Shown piece by piece: positions 10,764 through 20,294 of a stretch of DNA of 64,000 nt (positions within the stretch are counted from its first letter, which is position 1; each line of letters opens with the position of its first letter). A program made the position numbers and the translations under genes. The stretch covers positions 127,128 to 191,127 of the forward strand of contig RDOA01000001.1 of NCBI GenBank assembly GCA_011364925.1, written 5' to 3'. The notes under the pieces were generated by a model. It worked only from the letters and a program-made list of their open reading frames with translations. It made no database searches and was not told the origin of the DNA. The stretch comes from Promethearchaeota archaeon (lineage in GTDB: Archaea > Asgardarchaeota > Lokiarchaeia > Sigyniarchaeales > SOKP01).

Positions 10764-13700
10764 ATGGGAGAATATATAAACATTAAACTCAATAAAACCG
10801 TTGCATTTTGTCTTTTAGGTGTTATTATCTTAATCTTATTTAATTTCTCTCAGATTATTGATAACCTTAACTTTAACAATCTTACTTATGGCACTGAAAT
10901 TGAGAATTACGCAGGAGATATAAAAAGCTCAAGTTATTGGTTTTTAACATCTCCAATTGAAATAAACGATCTTGAAGCTAATAATTGGACGTGGGCTGAG
11001 GAAGAACCTTGGTTTGGAGGAGGTAATGGTACCCTAAATAATCCTTACATTATTGAAAATGTTACTATAAATGTTGAGAAAAATTTTGATTTTGGAATAA
11101 ATATCCAAAACTCAAATAAACATCTTCTAATCAACAATTGTACGGTTTCGAAAGCAAATTTAACAGGAATTTTGTTAAGAAATGTAAATAATTCTGTTAT
11201 AATTAATAACAAGGCTTTTAACAACAGTATTGTAGGAATTGGTCTAGTTAGTAGTAATCTTAATTTGATATTTGGAAATAATATAAGTGGAAATTCTATA
11301 GGAGGTATTGGATTAAATACTAGTTATTATAACTCTGTCTTAAATAATACAGTGTTTTCTAACACTGGTTATGGAATCGGCTTAGAATACTGTGATTATA
11401 ATACAATTTCTAATAATACAGCAACCTTCAACGGAGAACAAGGGATTGGTTTGCTGAACTGTAAAAATATTACGGTTTCAAGAAACAATGCGAGCTTTAA
11501 TTCATTAGCAGGTATAGGAATCAGTTTTTGTAATAATAGCTCAATTAAACATAATATTGTAGATTCAAACATTGGTTCTGGTATAAGTTTCGGTACCTGT
11601 AGTTTTACTTCAATATTAGATAATACAATATTGTCCAACGCTGGGTCTGGAATAGATATCGGGAATTCTGATCGCAATACAATTTCAAATAATGTAATAA
11701 ATACTAATCGTAATGACGGGATAATTATTGTTGATTGTAATTATAACACATTTTCTAATAATGCTATTAATAATAATCGTGATCAAGGGATGAATATCAG
11801 AACTTGTAATTTTAATACTCTTTCGAGCAATGCAATTAATAATAATCGTGATTTAGGGATTGGATTATGGAATTGCTTACATAACATCGTTTCGGGGAAT
11901 GATGCAAACGGTAATGGTGATAGTGGAATATCTTTAGAAGCATGCAGTATTTCCTCTATTACGGGAAATACTGCAAATGTAAATGACCTTAATGGGATCT
12001 ATATGTACAATTGCTTTATTACTAACATCTCAGTAAATACCATAGTAAGTAATCCTCAATATGGAATAGGTCTGTGGTATAGCGATAATATTGATATCTC
12101 GGAAAATTTAGTAGAAGATAATGGATGGGCAATATTTTTACAGTATTGTAATGAGAATAATATTATTGAAAACGATGTAATAGAAAGTGATAATTTAGGT
12201 ATAGCACTTTGGTTCAGCGATAACAATATTATTACAGGAAATTATTTAGACAACAACGACTATTATGGTATTTATCTAGTACGGAGCCATATCAACAGTA
12301 TTACAAGCAACTCCATTAATAACGATCATAATGGAATCTATTTAGAATCAAGCACTATAAATACTATCCTAACAAATACAATTACAAACAATTATAACGG
12401 GATTTATCTAGTAAGCGGTCAAAGCAATAGTATTGTAGGTAACTCCATTAATGCCAATCATAATGGGATTTATTTAGAACTTAGCGATAGTAATACTATC
12501 CAGTCAAATACAATTACTAACAACCAATATGGGATATATCTCTTTTCAAGTTATTCCAATTTTGTTTCAAATAATATATTTGACAGTAATGTCGTAGATA
12601 TTTTTGATTCAGAAGAAGGCAATGGCGGGTATCCAAACGATGGTGATTTAAATCCTTTCATAATAATTGGTATTGTCTTAGCGATAATTGCTATCGTTAT
12701 CGTAGCCAGTTTCGTTATCAAAAGTAGAAGATCTTCGAAAATTAAAGGTACTTCAGTAAGCAAACCTAAAATTGGACCTCAAACACAAGCAGAATTTAAA
12801 AAACCTCAACCAGAATTGAGATTAATCCCCCCATCAAAGCAAGTAGAGGAAGAAGATGAAGTTGAAGTCCTTCCACAAGAGATTATACCCAAAGAGGAAG
12901 AGATCATAGAAGAAGAAGTTATTGCTCCTATCGAAGAAATACCCGAAGAGGAACAAGTCTTAGAAGAGGAAATTATCGAATCTCTAGAAGAAATACCTAA
13001 AGGGGAAGAAATTGTAGAAGAAGAGGTTATTGCTCCTATCGAAGAAATACCCGAAGAGGAACAAGTCGTAGAAGAGGAAATTATCGAACCTTTAGAAGAA
13101 ATACCTAAAGGGGAAGAAATTGTAGAAGAAGAGGTTATTACTCCTTTCGAAGAAATACCTGAAGAGGAACAAATCGTAGAAGAAAAAGTAATTGCTTCTA
13201 TCGAAGAAATACCTGAAGAAAAACAAATCGTAGAAGAGGAAGTTATCGGACCTCTAAAAGAAATACCTAAAGAGGAAGAAATAGTGGAGGGAAAGGTCAT
13301 CGCTCCTCCAGAAGAAATGAGTGAAAAGGTAGAAGATGTAGAAGAACAAGTTGTTATCTCTCCTCCTGAAATAATTAAAAAGCAAAAGCTTGCTGCAACA
13401 GAGGGAATTAAATTCAAAGCTCCTGATACTATTGAAAAAATTCTACTCTTAAAAACTCTAAGTGGACATCTATTAGGAGTCACATCTGTAGCGATTTCTC
13501 CATATGGGGAGTTAATCGTGAGTGGTTCGAAAGATAAAACGATCAGATTATGGGAGTTACCCTCAGGTAATCTTGTGAGAATCCTTAGAGGACACAGCAA
13601 AAACGTTACTTCCGTTACTATATCACCAGATGAAAAATACATAATTAGTGGCTCAAACGATAAATCTATCAAAGTTTGGGAATTAGATACTGGAAAACTC

Positions 13701-14321
13701 ATCCATACTCTCAAGGGACATACCTTTTACGTACTATCCGTTGCTATTTCTCCTGACGGGAGATATATTGCGAGTGGCTCATTCGACAGGACTATTAAAA
13801 TTTGGGAATTATCAACTGGAAAACTTGTGAGGACGATTGATGGGCATCAGAAGGAAATAAATTCGATTACGATATCCTCTGATAATAAGTATCTCGTAAG
13901 TGGATCAGCCGATAAGACTATAAAAATCTGGGATTTTCCTAGTGGGGAGTTATTTAAAACTATTCATGGTTCAAATAGGCCAGTGACTTCAGTTGCGTTT
14001 TCTTCAGATGAAAAATATGTAATTAGTAGTTCTAGAGACAAATCTATTAAAGTGTGGGAAGTTACATCAGGAAATCTTGTAAGAACTTTGGAAGGGCATG
14101 CGTTCTTTGTGCTATCTATAATACTTTCTCCCAACGATAAATATTTAGTCAGTGGCTCATTTGATAGGCAAGTTAAGGTTTGGGATTTTTTAACTGGAAG
14201 TGTGATTGAAACGCTTAAAAAGCACAAAAAAGAGGTTAATTCCGTGGCTTTCTCTCCAGACTATAAATACATCGTTAGTGGTTCTTCTGATAATAAGATT
14301 AATATCTGGGAAATCCATTAA
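10764..14321 (+). CDS. Single-pass membrane protein: NosD/CASH right-handed beta-helix, TM, acidic repeat linker, 7-bladed WD40
   Basis: N-terminal hydrophobic segment; ~20 GIxLxxxxxNxIxxN beta-helix repeats; TM PFIIIGIVLAIIAIVIVASFVI followed by KSRRSSK; E/P/I/V repeats; seven GH...SGSxDxxIKxW-type repeats. Confidence 0.9.
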   Translation: MGEYINIKLNKTVAFCLLGVIILILFNFSQIIDNLNFNNLTYGTEIENYAGDIKSSSYWFLTSPIEINDLEANNWTWAEEEPWFGGGNGTLNNPYIIENVTINVEKNFDFGINIQNSNKHLLINNCTVSKANLTGILLRNVNNSVIINNKAFNNSIVGIGLVSSNLNLIFGNNISGNSIGGIGLNTSYYNSVLNNTVFSNTGYGIGLEYCDYNTISNNTATFNGEQGIGLLNCKNITVSRNNASFNSLAGIGISFCNNSSIKHNIVDSNIGSGISFGTCSFTSILDNTILSNAGSGIDIGNSDRNTISNNVINTNRNDGIIIVDCNYNTFSNNAINNNRDQGMNIRTCNFNTLSSNAINNNRDLGIGLWNCLHNIVSGNDANGNGDSGISLEACSISSITGNTANVNDLNGIYMYNCFITNISVNTIVSNPQYGIGLWYSDNIDISENLVEDNGWAIFLQYCNENNIIENDVIESDNLGIALWFSDNNIITGNYLDNNDYYGIYLVRSHINSITSNSINNDHNGIYLESSTINTILTNTITNNYNGIYLVSGQSNSIVGNSINANHNGIYLELSDSNTIQSNTITNNQYGIYLFSSYSNFVSNNIFDSNVVDIFDSEEGNGGYPNDGDLNPFIIIGIVLAIIAIVIVASFVIKSRRSSKIKGTSVSKPKIGPQTQAEFKKPQPELRLIPPSKQVEEEDEVEVLPQEIIPKEEEIIEEEVIAPIEEIPEEEQVLEEEIIESLEEIPKGEEIVEEEVIAPIEEIPEEEQVVEEEIIEPLEEIPKGEEIVEEEVITPFEEIPEEEQIVEEKVIASIEEIPEEKQIVEEEVIGPLKEIPKEEEIVEGKVIAPPEEMSEKVEDVEEQVVISPPEIIKKQKLAATEGIKFKAPDTIEKILLLKTLSGHLLGVTSVAISPYGELIVSGSKDKTIRLWELPSGNLVRILRGHSKNVTSVTISPDEKYIISGSNDKSIKVWELDTGKLIHTLKGHTFYVLSVAISPDGRYIASGSFDRTIKIWELSTGKLVRTIDGHQKEINSITISSDNKYLVSGSADKTIKIWDFPSGELFKTIHGSNRPVTSVAFSSDEKYVISSSRDKSIKVWEVTSGNLVRTLEGHAFFVLSIILSPNDKYLVSGSFDRQVKVWDFLTGSVIETLKKHKKEVNSVAFSPDYKYIVSGSSDNKINIWEIH
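12880..13375 (+). repeat. Intragenic 54-bp (18-aa) acidic tandem repeat with a 108-bp higher-order period
   Basis: Alternating EEEVIAPIEEIPEEEQV(L/V) and EEEIIE(S/P)LEEIPKGEEIV units; near-identical copies start at ~12909 and ~13017; about 8 full units. Confidence 0.9.
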
Positions 14322-14452
14322 CTATACTTGCAAACTTTTAACCATTAAAAAAAGGAATTCATGCTCTACTCTTTTAATTGTTAACCTAAAAAGTTATTAG
14401 TTGTTAATTATTGTATAATCACAAGTATCAAATATAATCTAGAGATAGTAGC

Positions 14453-14707
14453 ATGTCTGAAGAACCCGAATTTCCACCGCTTCCAGATATAGGAGAGATC
14501 CTCGATAGGAAAGATCGCTTTATACCAAAGAAGACAACGGTATTAAAATGTAAGGAATGTAAATCTAAGTACACTCGCGAGTTTATAATTGGTGATTATG
14601 TTTTTAAAAAAATTGACGACGAAGAATGCAAAGAATGCCACCGGACTAGAACGCTTTCTGTTGACGAGATTTATTCAGAATGGATTGATCCAAAAAAGAA
14701 TAAATAA
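14453..14707 (+). CDS. Small zinc-ribbon protein
   Basis: 84 aa with two CKEC motifs. Confidence 0.75.
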   Translation: MSEEPEFPPLPDIGEILDRKDRFIPKKTTVLKCKECKSKYTREFIIGDYVFKKIDDEECKECHRTRTLSVDEIYSEWIDPKKNK

Positions 14708-14724
14708 AGATTTTTATTAATTTT

Positions 14725-15363
14725 TTAGCTTCTTGTTCGCATTCTATTTATCGCAATATATACGCATCCTAAACCTACACCCGTTGCCATTATAATTGAG
14801 ACAAACATCGTAACTCCAATAATGCCAAGTGCGTTTATATCAAAGAAGTAATATATGTAATCACCGGTGAAGGCACCATATATAAAAACAAACACTAAAT
14901 AACAAACGGGATAAATACAAATCCAATAGAGCAGATATCTCCATTTATATCTCGATTTATTTTCTGTTAACACCCAATCAACAATGAACGCGATTGGAGC
15001 GATATAATGGAACACGATATTACTAAATGCTGCCCATCCGGTGGGGTGGTAGAACGGAGACAATAGAATTGCAAAGAAAATAAATGTTATAGAGATGTAA
15101 GCGGTAAAAGCACCTTTAAGAAGTCCTGTAATCTTTTCGAGAGATTTTGGCTTATTGTACCATATAATTGCTAAAGTATACCATATAACAACCATGAAGT
15201 TTGATTGTATTGTGAAAGCTCTAAAACCATAAAACCATTCGTAAAAAGGGCCATAAAAAAGACCATAAATTACTATACCAGCTATAATTGTAAACCAACT
15301 TAGTCCAGCAAAAATGATACGATAAATTAAAACAGTCTTATTTGATAGATCAAAATCTTTCAT
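14725..15363 (-). CDS. Pr6Pr / FAR-17a/AIG1-like integral membrane protein
   Basis: FTIQSN, H-Y-I-A-P..DW, YIYYFFD motifs; about 6 TM helices. Confidence 0.8.
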   Translation of the reverse strand: MKDFDLSNKTVLIYRIIFAGLSWFTIIAGIVIYGLFYGPFYEWFYGFRAFTIQSNFMVVIWYTLAIIWYNKPKSLEKITGLLKGAFTAYISITFIFFAILLSPFYHPTGWAAFSNIVFHYIAPIAFIVDWVLTENKSRYKWRYLLYWICIYPVCYLVFVFIYGAFTGDYIYYFFDINALGIIGVTMFVSIIMATGVGLGCVYIAINRMRTRS

Positions 15364-15477
15364 TTTTTAAACACTATAATTCATTATTTTAGATTAGATA
15401 ATTATGCGTTTTGAAAGTATAGTATAATAAATAATTATTTCTATTTTGAATCCTAGAAAATGTATCCAATAAAATAA

Positions 15478-16470
15478 TTATTCTATACCTAATAATTTTA
15501 CTATTAAATTCGCCATAGAATACGGATCAAGGTTTTTATCCATAACTAATCGTATATACTCATCAATGGTAGGATTGGAATGAATCAATCTTTCTACTTT
15601 TTTAGTGATTTTGTGTTTTAGAATTTGTAATGTTTCGCTTTTAATCCGATTTATCTGGTAATTCACTAATACTCCGGAATCTCGTAGAAACTCTCTATGC
15701 TTATCGATTAGTTCCATCATTTGTTCAAAATTCTCTCCAGTTTTCGAGTTAACTTTAATGATTTCGGGAGTCCAATTCGACTTAAGCAGTTTATTTACTT
15801 CGTGGTTGTTTGATTCGTATTTAAAGTTTGTTTTCAATTCAAGCATCTGCATAATCTCAGCAACTTTTTTATCAGCACCGTCTAAATCCATTTTATTTAC
15901 TACAAAAATATCTGTAATTTCCATGATCCCGGCTTTAATGGCTTGAATGTCATCGCCTAATCCAGGTACTAAAAGTACAATTACAGTCTGAGCTGATTTA
16001 AAGATATCGACTTCAGATTGTCCGACTCCCACAGTTTCTATGATAATAATATCACAACCGTATGCGTCCAAGATTTTTACAGCATCTTCTGTAGCTCTAG
16101 CCAATCCCCCTAATTGTCCTCTGTTTGCCATGCTACGGATAAAGACATTCCTTAGTGAAAAATTATCCTTCATGCGAATCCTATCCCCTAGTAATGCACC
16201 ACCTGAAATTGGGCTAGTAGGGTCGACACAGACAATCCCTACTTTCTTTCCTTGTTCCGAAAAAAACTTAGTCAAAGTAGAGATGAATGTTGATTTCCCA
16301 CTCCCGGGAGCTCCTGTAATGCCTAAAATATACGCATTCCCAGTGTAACTATAGATTGCATTGATGATTGTCTCTGCAGCTTCAATATCGTTTTCTGCTA
16401 AAGTGATAAGCCTAGCAGCTGCTCTAGAATTTCCATTAAGTAGTTTTTCGATTAAATCAGAATAAGCCAT
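15478..16470 (-). CDS. meaB: MeaB/ArgK GTPase, B12-mutase chaperone
   Basis: GITGAPGSGKST, VDPTSP..GGALLGDRIRM, ETVGVGQSE, NKMD; adjacent to the mutase subunits. Confidence 0.95.
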   Translation of the reverse strand: MAYSDLIEKLLNGNSRAAARLITLAENDIEAAETIINAIYSYTGNAYILGITGAPGSGKSTFISTLTKFFSEQGKKVGIVCVDPTSPISGGALLGDRIRMKDNFSLRNVFIRSMANRGQLGGLARATEDAVKILDAYGCDIIIIETVGVGQSEVDIFKSAQTVIVLLVPGLGDDIQAIKAGIMEITDIFVVNKMDLDGADKKVAEIMQMLELKTNFKYESNNHEVNKLLKSNWTPEIIKVNSKTGENFEQMMELIDKHREFLRDSGVLVNYQINRIKSETLQILKHKITKKVERLIHSNPTIDEYIRLVMDKNLDPYSMANLIVKLLGIE

Positions 16471-16476
16471 TATTCG

Positions 16477-16878
16477 CTATCTTTTTAAATTGTTTTTTAC
16501 AAACTCTACAATCGTTTTCAGTTCTGTACCTGGTCCGTAAAATCCTTTTAATCCGTGTTCTTCTAAAAATGGTTTGTCTTCGTCAGGTATAATACCACCA
16601 ACACTTACAAGAACATCATCTATGCCATTTTCCTTGAGTTTTTCCATTATAACCGGACATAACGCTTTATGAGCACCTGATAACATGCTTAGCATAACCG
16701 CATCTGGATCTTCCTGAAGAACGGTTTGCACGATCATATCAGGGGTCTGGTGCAATCCCGTGTAGATGACCTCCATACCCGCGTCTCTTAGTGCTCTAGC
16801 AAGGACTTTTGCCCCACGATCGTGCCCATCTAATCCCGGTTTACACACTAATACTTTTATCTTTCTATTCTCTGTCAT
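16477..16878 (-). CDS. Acyl-CoA mutase small, cobalamin-binding subunit
   Basis: KPGLDGHDRG (DxHxxG), SMLSGAH, GGIIP. Confidence 0.95.
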   Translation of the reverse strand: MTENRKIKVLVCKPGLDGHDRGAKVLARALRDAGMEVIYTGLHQTPDMIVQTVLQEDPDAVMLSMLSGAHKALCPVIMEKLKENGIDDVLVSVGGIIPDEDKPFLEEHGLKGFYGPGTELKTIVEFVKNNLKR

Positions 16879-16892
16879 AATATTGACCTAAC

Positions 16893-18527
16893 TTAAAATA
16901 TTGAATCTTCTCTATATTCTCCAAATACTTCTTTTAAGGCAGCCATCACTTCACCAATTGATGCGTATTCTCTTATAGCATCCATAATATATGGCATTAA
17001 GTTTTCAGTGCCATTAGCAGCTCGTTTCAAGTTTTCCAGTTTTTCTTGAACTAGAGTGTTATTTCTTTGAGTCTTTACCGAATGTAAAAGCTCAACTTGT
17101 TCTTTAGTAACCTTCTCGTCAATTTTAAGTAAAGGAGTAGCGCACGGTTCTCTTAGTTGAAAATCGTTTACACCAACAATAATGCGATCCTTGTTCTCAA
17201 TTTCTCTTTGATACTTATAGGATGCGTTTGCGATTTCTTTTTGAAAAAAGTTAGCTTTTATAGAAGGGATCACTCCTCCTAGTGCTTCTATCTTATCGAA
17301 GTATGCTTCAGCTTCTTCCTCCATTTTATTTGTAAGCCACTCAACATAATACGATCCTGCAAGAGGATCCACAGTATCAGCAACACCCGATTCTTGTGCG
17401 ATAATTTGTTGCGTTCGCACCGCGATTTTAGCTGCTTTTTCGGTTGGTAAGCATAACGCTTCATCGAAAGAGTTAGTATGGAGTGATTGAGTTCCTCCTA
17501 ATACAGCAGCTAAACCTTGTAATGTAACCCTAGCAATATTGTTTTCTGGTTCTTGTGCAGTTAACGATACTCCGGCAGTTTGCGTGTGAAAGCGTAACCT
17601 CATCGATTCTTTCTTCTTTGCTCCATATTTATTTTTCATCCGCTTAGCCCATATGCGACGAGCTGCCCTATATTTACAAATTTCTTCAAAGAAATTATTG
17701 TGAGAATTAAAAAAGAAAGAAAGTCTTGGAGCGAAATCATCTACATTTAAACCCCGCTCCATTGCGGCTTCCACGTAGGCAAAACCATCGGCTAACGTAA
17801 AAGCGAGTTCTTGAACTGCTGTAGAACCAGCTTCTCGGATGTGATAACCTGAAATCGAAATGGTGTACCATTGCGGAACATATTTGGTACAATATTCGAT
17901 TGTGTCAATTATTAATCGCATAGACGGTTCAGGTGGAAAAATCCAAGATTTCTGCGCTATATATTCCTTGAGGATATCATTCTGAATCGTTCCTCTTAAT
18001 TGATCCGCGGAATGTCCTTGCTTCTCAGCTGTTACTACATACATGGCCAATAATATAGATGCGGGAGCGTTTATCGTCATTGATGTTGAGATTTTTGATA
18101 GATCGATACCGTTAAATAGTGTTTCCATGTCTTTTAAAGTATCAATTGAGACTCCCTCTTTGCCAACTTCGCCTAAAGACTTTTCATCGTCAGCTTCGTA
18201 ACCATAAATTGTGTGTAAACTAAACGCTACACTTAAGCCCGTTGTTCCATGCTCCATTAAAAATTTATACCTCTGATTAGTCTGTTCAGCAGTTCCGAAG
18301 CCTGCAAATTGTCTCATTGTCCACAATCGACCGCGATACATGTTTGGATAAGCACCCCGGGTGAAGGGGTATTTACCAGGTTCGCCTAGATCCATAGTAT
18401 AGTTAAAATCTTTTATGTCTTCGGGAGTATATAACCTTTTGATTTCAATATTGGATAAATTTGTAAATTCTTTTTTCCTTTCTCCTTTAGAGGGTCTTAA
18501 TGTTTTACTTTCATCAATTTCAGTCAT
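16893..18527 (-). CDS. Methylmalonyl-CoA mutase family large subunit with isobutyryl-CoA mutase (IcmA)-type specificity residues
   Basis: PGKYPFTRG, WTMRQFAGF, GTIQNDILKEYIAQK, SISGYHIREAG, GGTQSLHTNSFDEA. Confidence 0.93.
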   Translation of the reverse strand: MTEIDESKTLRPSKGERKKEFTNLSNIEIKRLYTPEDIKDFNYTMDLGEPGKYPFTRGAYPNMYRGRLWTMRQFAGFGTAEQTNQRYKFLMEHGTTGLSVAFSLHTIYGYEADDEKSLGEVGKEGVSIDTLKDMETLFNGIDLSKISTSMTINAPASILLAMYVVTAEKQGHSADQLRGTIQNDILKEYIAQKSWIFPPEPSMRLIIDTIEYCTKYVPQWYTISISGYHIREAGSTAVQELAFTLADGFAYVEAAMERGLNVDDFAPRLSFFFNSHNNFFEEICKYRAARRIWAKRMKNKYGAKKKESMRLRFHTQTAGVSLTAQEPENNIARVTLQGLAAVLGGTQSLHTNSFDEALCLPTEKAAKIAVRTQQIIAQESGVADTVDPLAGSYYVEWLTNKMEEEAEAYFDKIEALGGVIPSIKANFFQKEIANASYKYQREIENKDRIIVGVNDFQLREPCATPLLKIDEKVTKEQVELLHSVKTQRNNTLVQEKLENLKRAANGTENLMPYIMDAIREYASIGEVMAALKEVFGEYREDSIF

Positions 18528-18803
18528 ACATAATACACCAAATAATGGGAATAAAATGCCACTTTACTCTATTATCTTGCTTTCCTTACTTCTTGATAAG
18601 GAATTAGAATTATTAATTTTTACTTTAATATGTAAAATTGTTTATTTTTTTTTAAAACTGGTCATTGAATTCGATAGTATAAACTACATTTATCGAAAGC
18701 GTTTGAAGATTCGAGCTAAAATAATATCATCACAATTTTGTATTAAAACTTAAAAAGTTTTTATAAAGAGTGTGAGTTATAAATAATATCTAAAAGGTGA
18801 AAG

Positions 18804-20264
18804 ATTGTTAAAATAGCTTTAGTAAATCCCGGACCCGGAGAAATTTTAGAGAAGGGCCGAATTGTAGCTAACGCAGATCATATATATCCTCCTTTAGGAA
18901 TTTGTTATTTAAGTTCCATTTTAAAAAAGGAGAATTATCATGTTGATATAGTAGATCAAGCTGGGAAAGGATTCAATTTAAACCAAATAGTTAATTGGAT
19001 TAAAAAGAAGGATCCAGATATCTTAGGATTCTCAACTTTAACTGCTTCAGGATCAGGAATTAGTGCAGCCTTAACCGCTATCGAGGTAAAGAAATGGAAT
19101 CCTAACATTAAAATTGTGTTTGGTAATCGTCACGTAAACCATAACGATCTTAGAGTGTTAAATAAATATCCCGAAGTTGATCTATGTGTAAGGGGTGAAG
19201 GAGAACATACTTTTATGGAGTTAGTGAAAGCTTTAGAAAAAAATTCACCATTAGAAAATATAAAAGGTTTAACCTACCGAGATAATGGGAGAATAAAGCG
19301 AAACGACGATCGCCCATTAATTAAGGATCTTGACAGCATACCGTTTCCAGACAGAAAAGCTTTAAATTTAGAATACACAGGGAGCTTTGGTGGTTTAGAG
19401 TTTGCTCCTAAGGGATTTACTTCAATGATTTCTTCTCGAGGGTGTCCTTACCACTGTACCTTTTGCTGGGGAATTCGAAGCGTTGGCTTCAGAACGCGAT
19501 CAGTAGAGAACATATTGGAGGAAATTTTATTATTAGAAAGCGAAGGATATCAATACGTAAATTTTGTTGACGATAACTTTACTGTTTCGAAAAAAAGAGT
19601 GATAAACCTCTGTAATTTAATGCGAAAAAATAAGGTAGACATTGATTGGATTTGCGAAGGAAGAGTTAATCAAGTATCTAACGAAATGCTCCATGAAATG
19701 CAGAGATCAAATTGTAGAATTATGTTTTATGGAATAGAAAGTGCGAATCAGAGAATTCTCGATTATTATAAAAAGAATATAACACCGTATCAATCAATTC
19801 TCGCGGTGAAAAAAACTAGGAGAGCAAAAATTCCATTTATATTAGGTTCTTTTATTGTTGGTGCTCCCGGTGAAACATTTTTAGAGATATATAATACTTT
19901 AAAGTTCGCTCAAAAACTTGAAATCGACTTTCCAGTTTTTAATCTTCTTGGAACAATGCCTGGAACCGATATTTGGGACGAGATGGTTGCAAAGAATATT
20001 CTTGATGTAGATAAATATTGGGAGGAAGGAGTTCATATCCCAGATATAGATCCTGATGGAGTTCCCACAGATAAAATCTCAAATTTAATTTTAGTAATGC
20101 TAAAACAGTTTTTTATGAACCCAAAGTACATACTAAAAGCGTTATATAGAAGCGTTACGAGTTATTACAAAATTATGACGGTATTTAATATCCTAATCCA
20201 GAACACGAAGAATTTTGAAGAGTTCCATGGGTTAAGATCGTTTTGGAACCCAGAAAATGTTTAA
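18804..20264 (+). CDS. B12-binding radical SAM protein (non-canonical start upstream of the ORF-track call at 19116)
   Basis: The frame is open from the TGA at 18798-18800 and encodes VKIALVNP...YPPLGICYLSS...DPDILGFS (B12 domain); SRGCPYHCTFC; FVDDNF. Confidence 0.85.
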   Translation: MVKIALVNPGPGEILEKGRIVANADHIYPPLGICYLSSILKKENYHVDIVDQAGKGFNLNQIVNWIKKKDPDILGFSTLTASGSGISAALTAIEVKKWNPNIKIVFGNRHVNHNDLRVLNKYPEVDLCVRGEGEHTFMELVKALEKNSPLENIKGLTYRDNGRIKRNDDRPLIKDLDSIPFPDRKALNLEYTGSFGGLEFAPKGFTSMISSRGCPYHCTFCWGIRSVGFRTRSVENILEEILLLESEGYQYVNFVDDNFTVSKKRVINLCNLMRKNKVDIDWICEGRVNQVSNEMLHEMQRSNCRIMFYGIESANQRILDYYKKNITPYQSILAVKKTRRAKIPFILGSFIVGAPGETFLEIYNTLKFAQKLEIDFPVFNLLGTMPGTDIWDEMVAKNILDVDKYWEEGVHIPDIDPDGVPTDKISNLILVMLKQFFMNPKYILKALYRSVTSYYKIMTVFNILIQNTKNFEEFHGLRSFWNPENV

Positions 20265-20294
20265 AAGTATAGATTTTTAATCTAATTAAAATTA

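Noticed and set aside
12880-13375. Regular repeats as a possible CRISPR array
   Set aside because: In-frame coding tandem units with no unique spacers and no cas genes nearby
12806-13714. 302-aa antisense Ser-rich ORF
   Set aside because: Shadow of the GAA-rich repeat and WD40 codons on the opposite strand
18415-18753. 112-aa plus-strand ORF upstream of the first B12-rSAM
   Set aside because: Overlaps the mutase start antisense and runs through AT-rich promoter DNA with no motif
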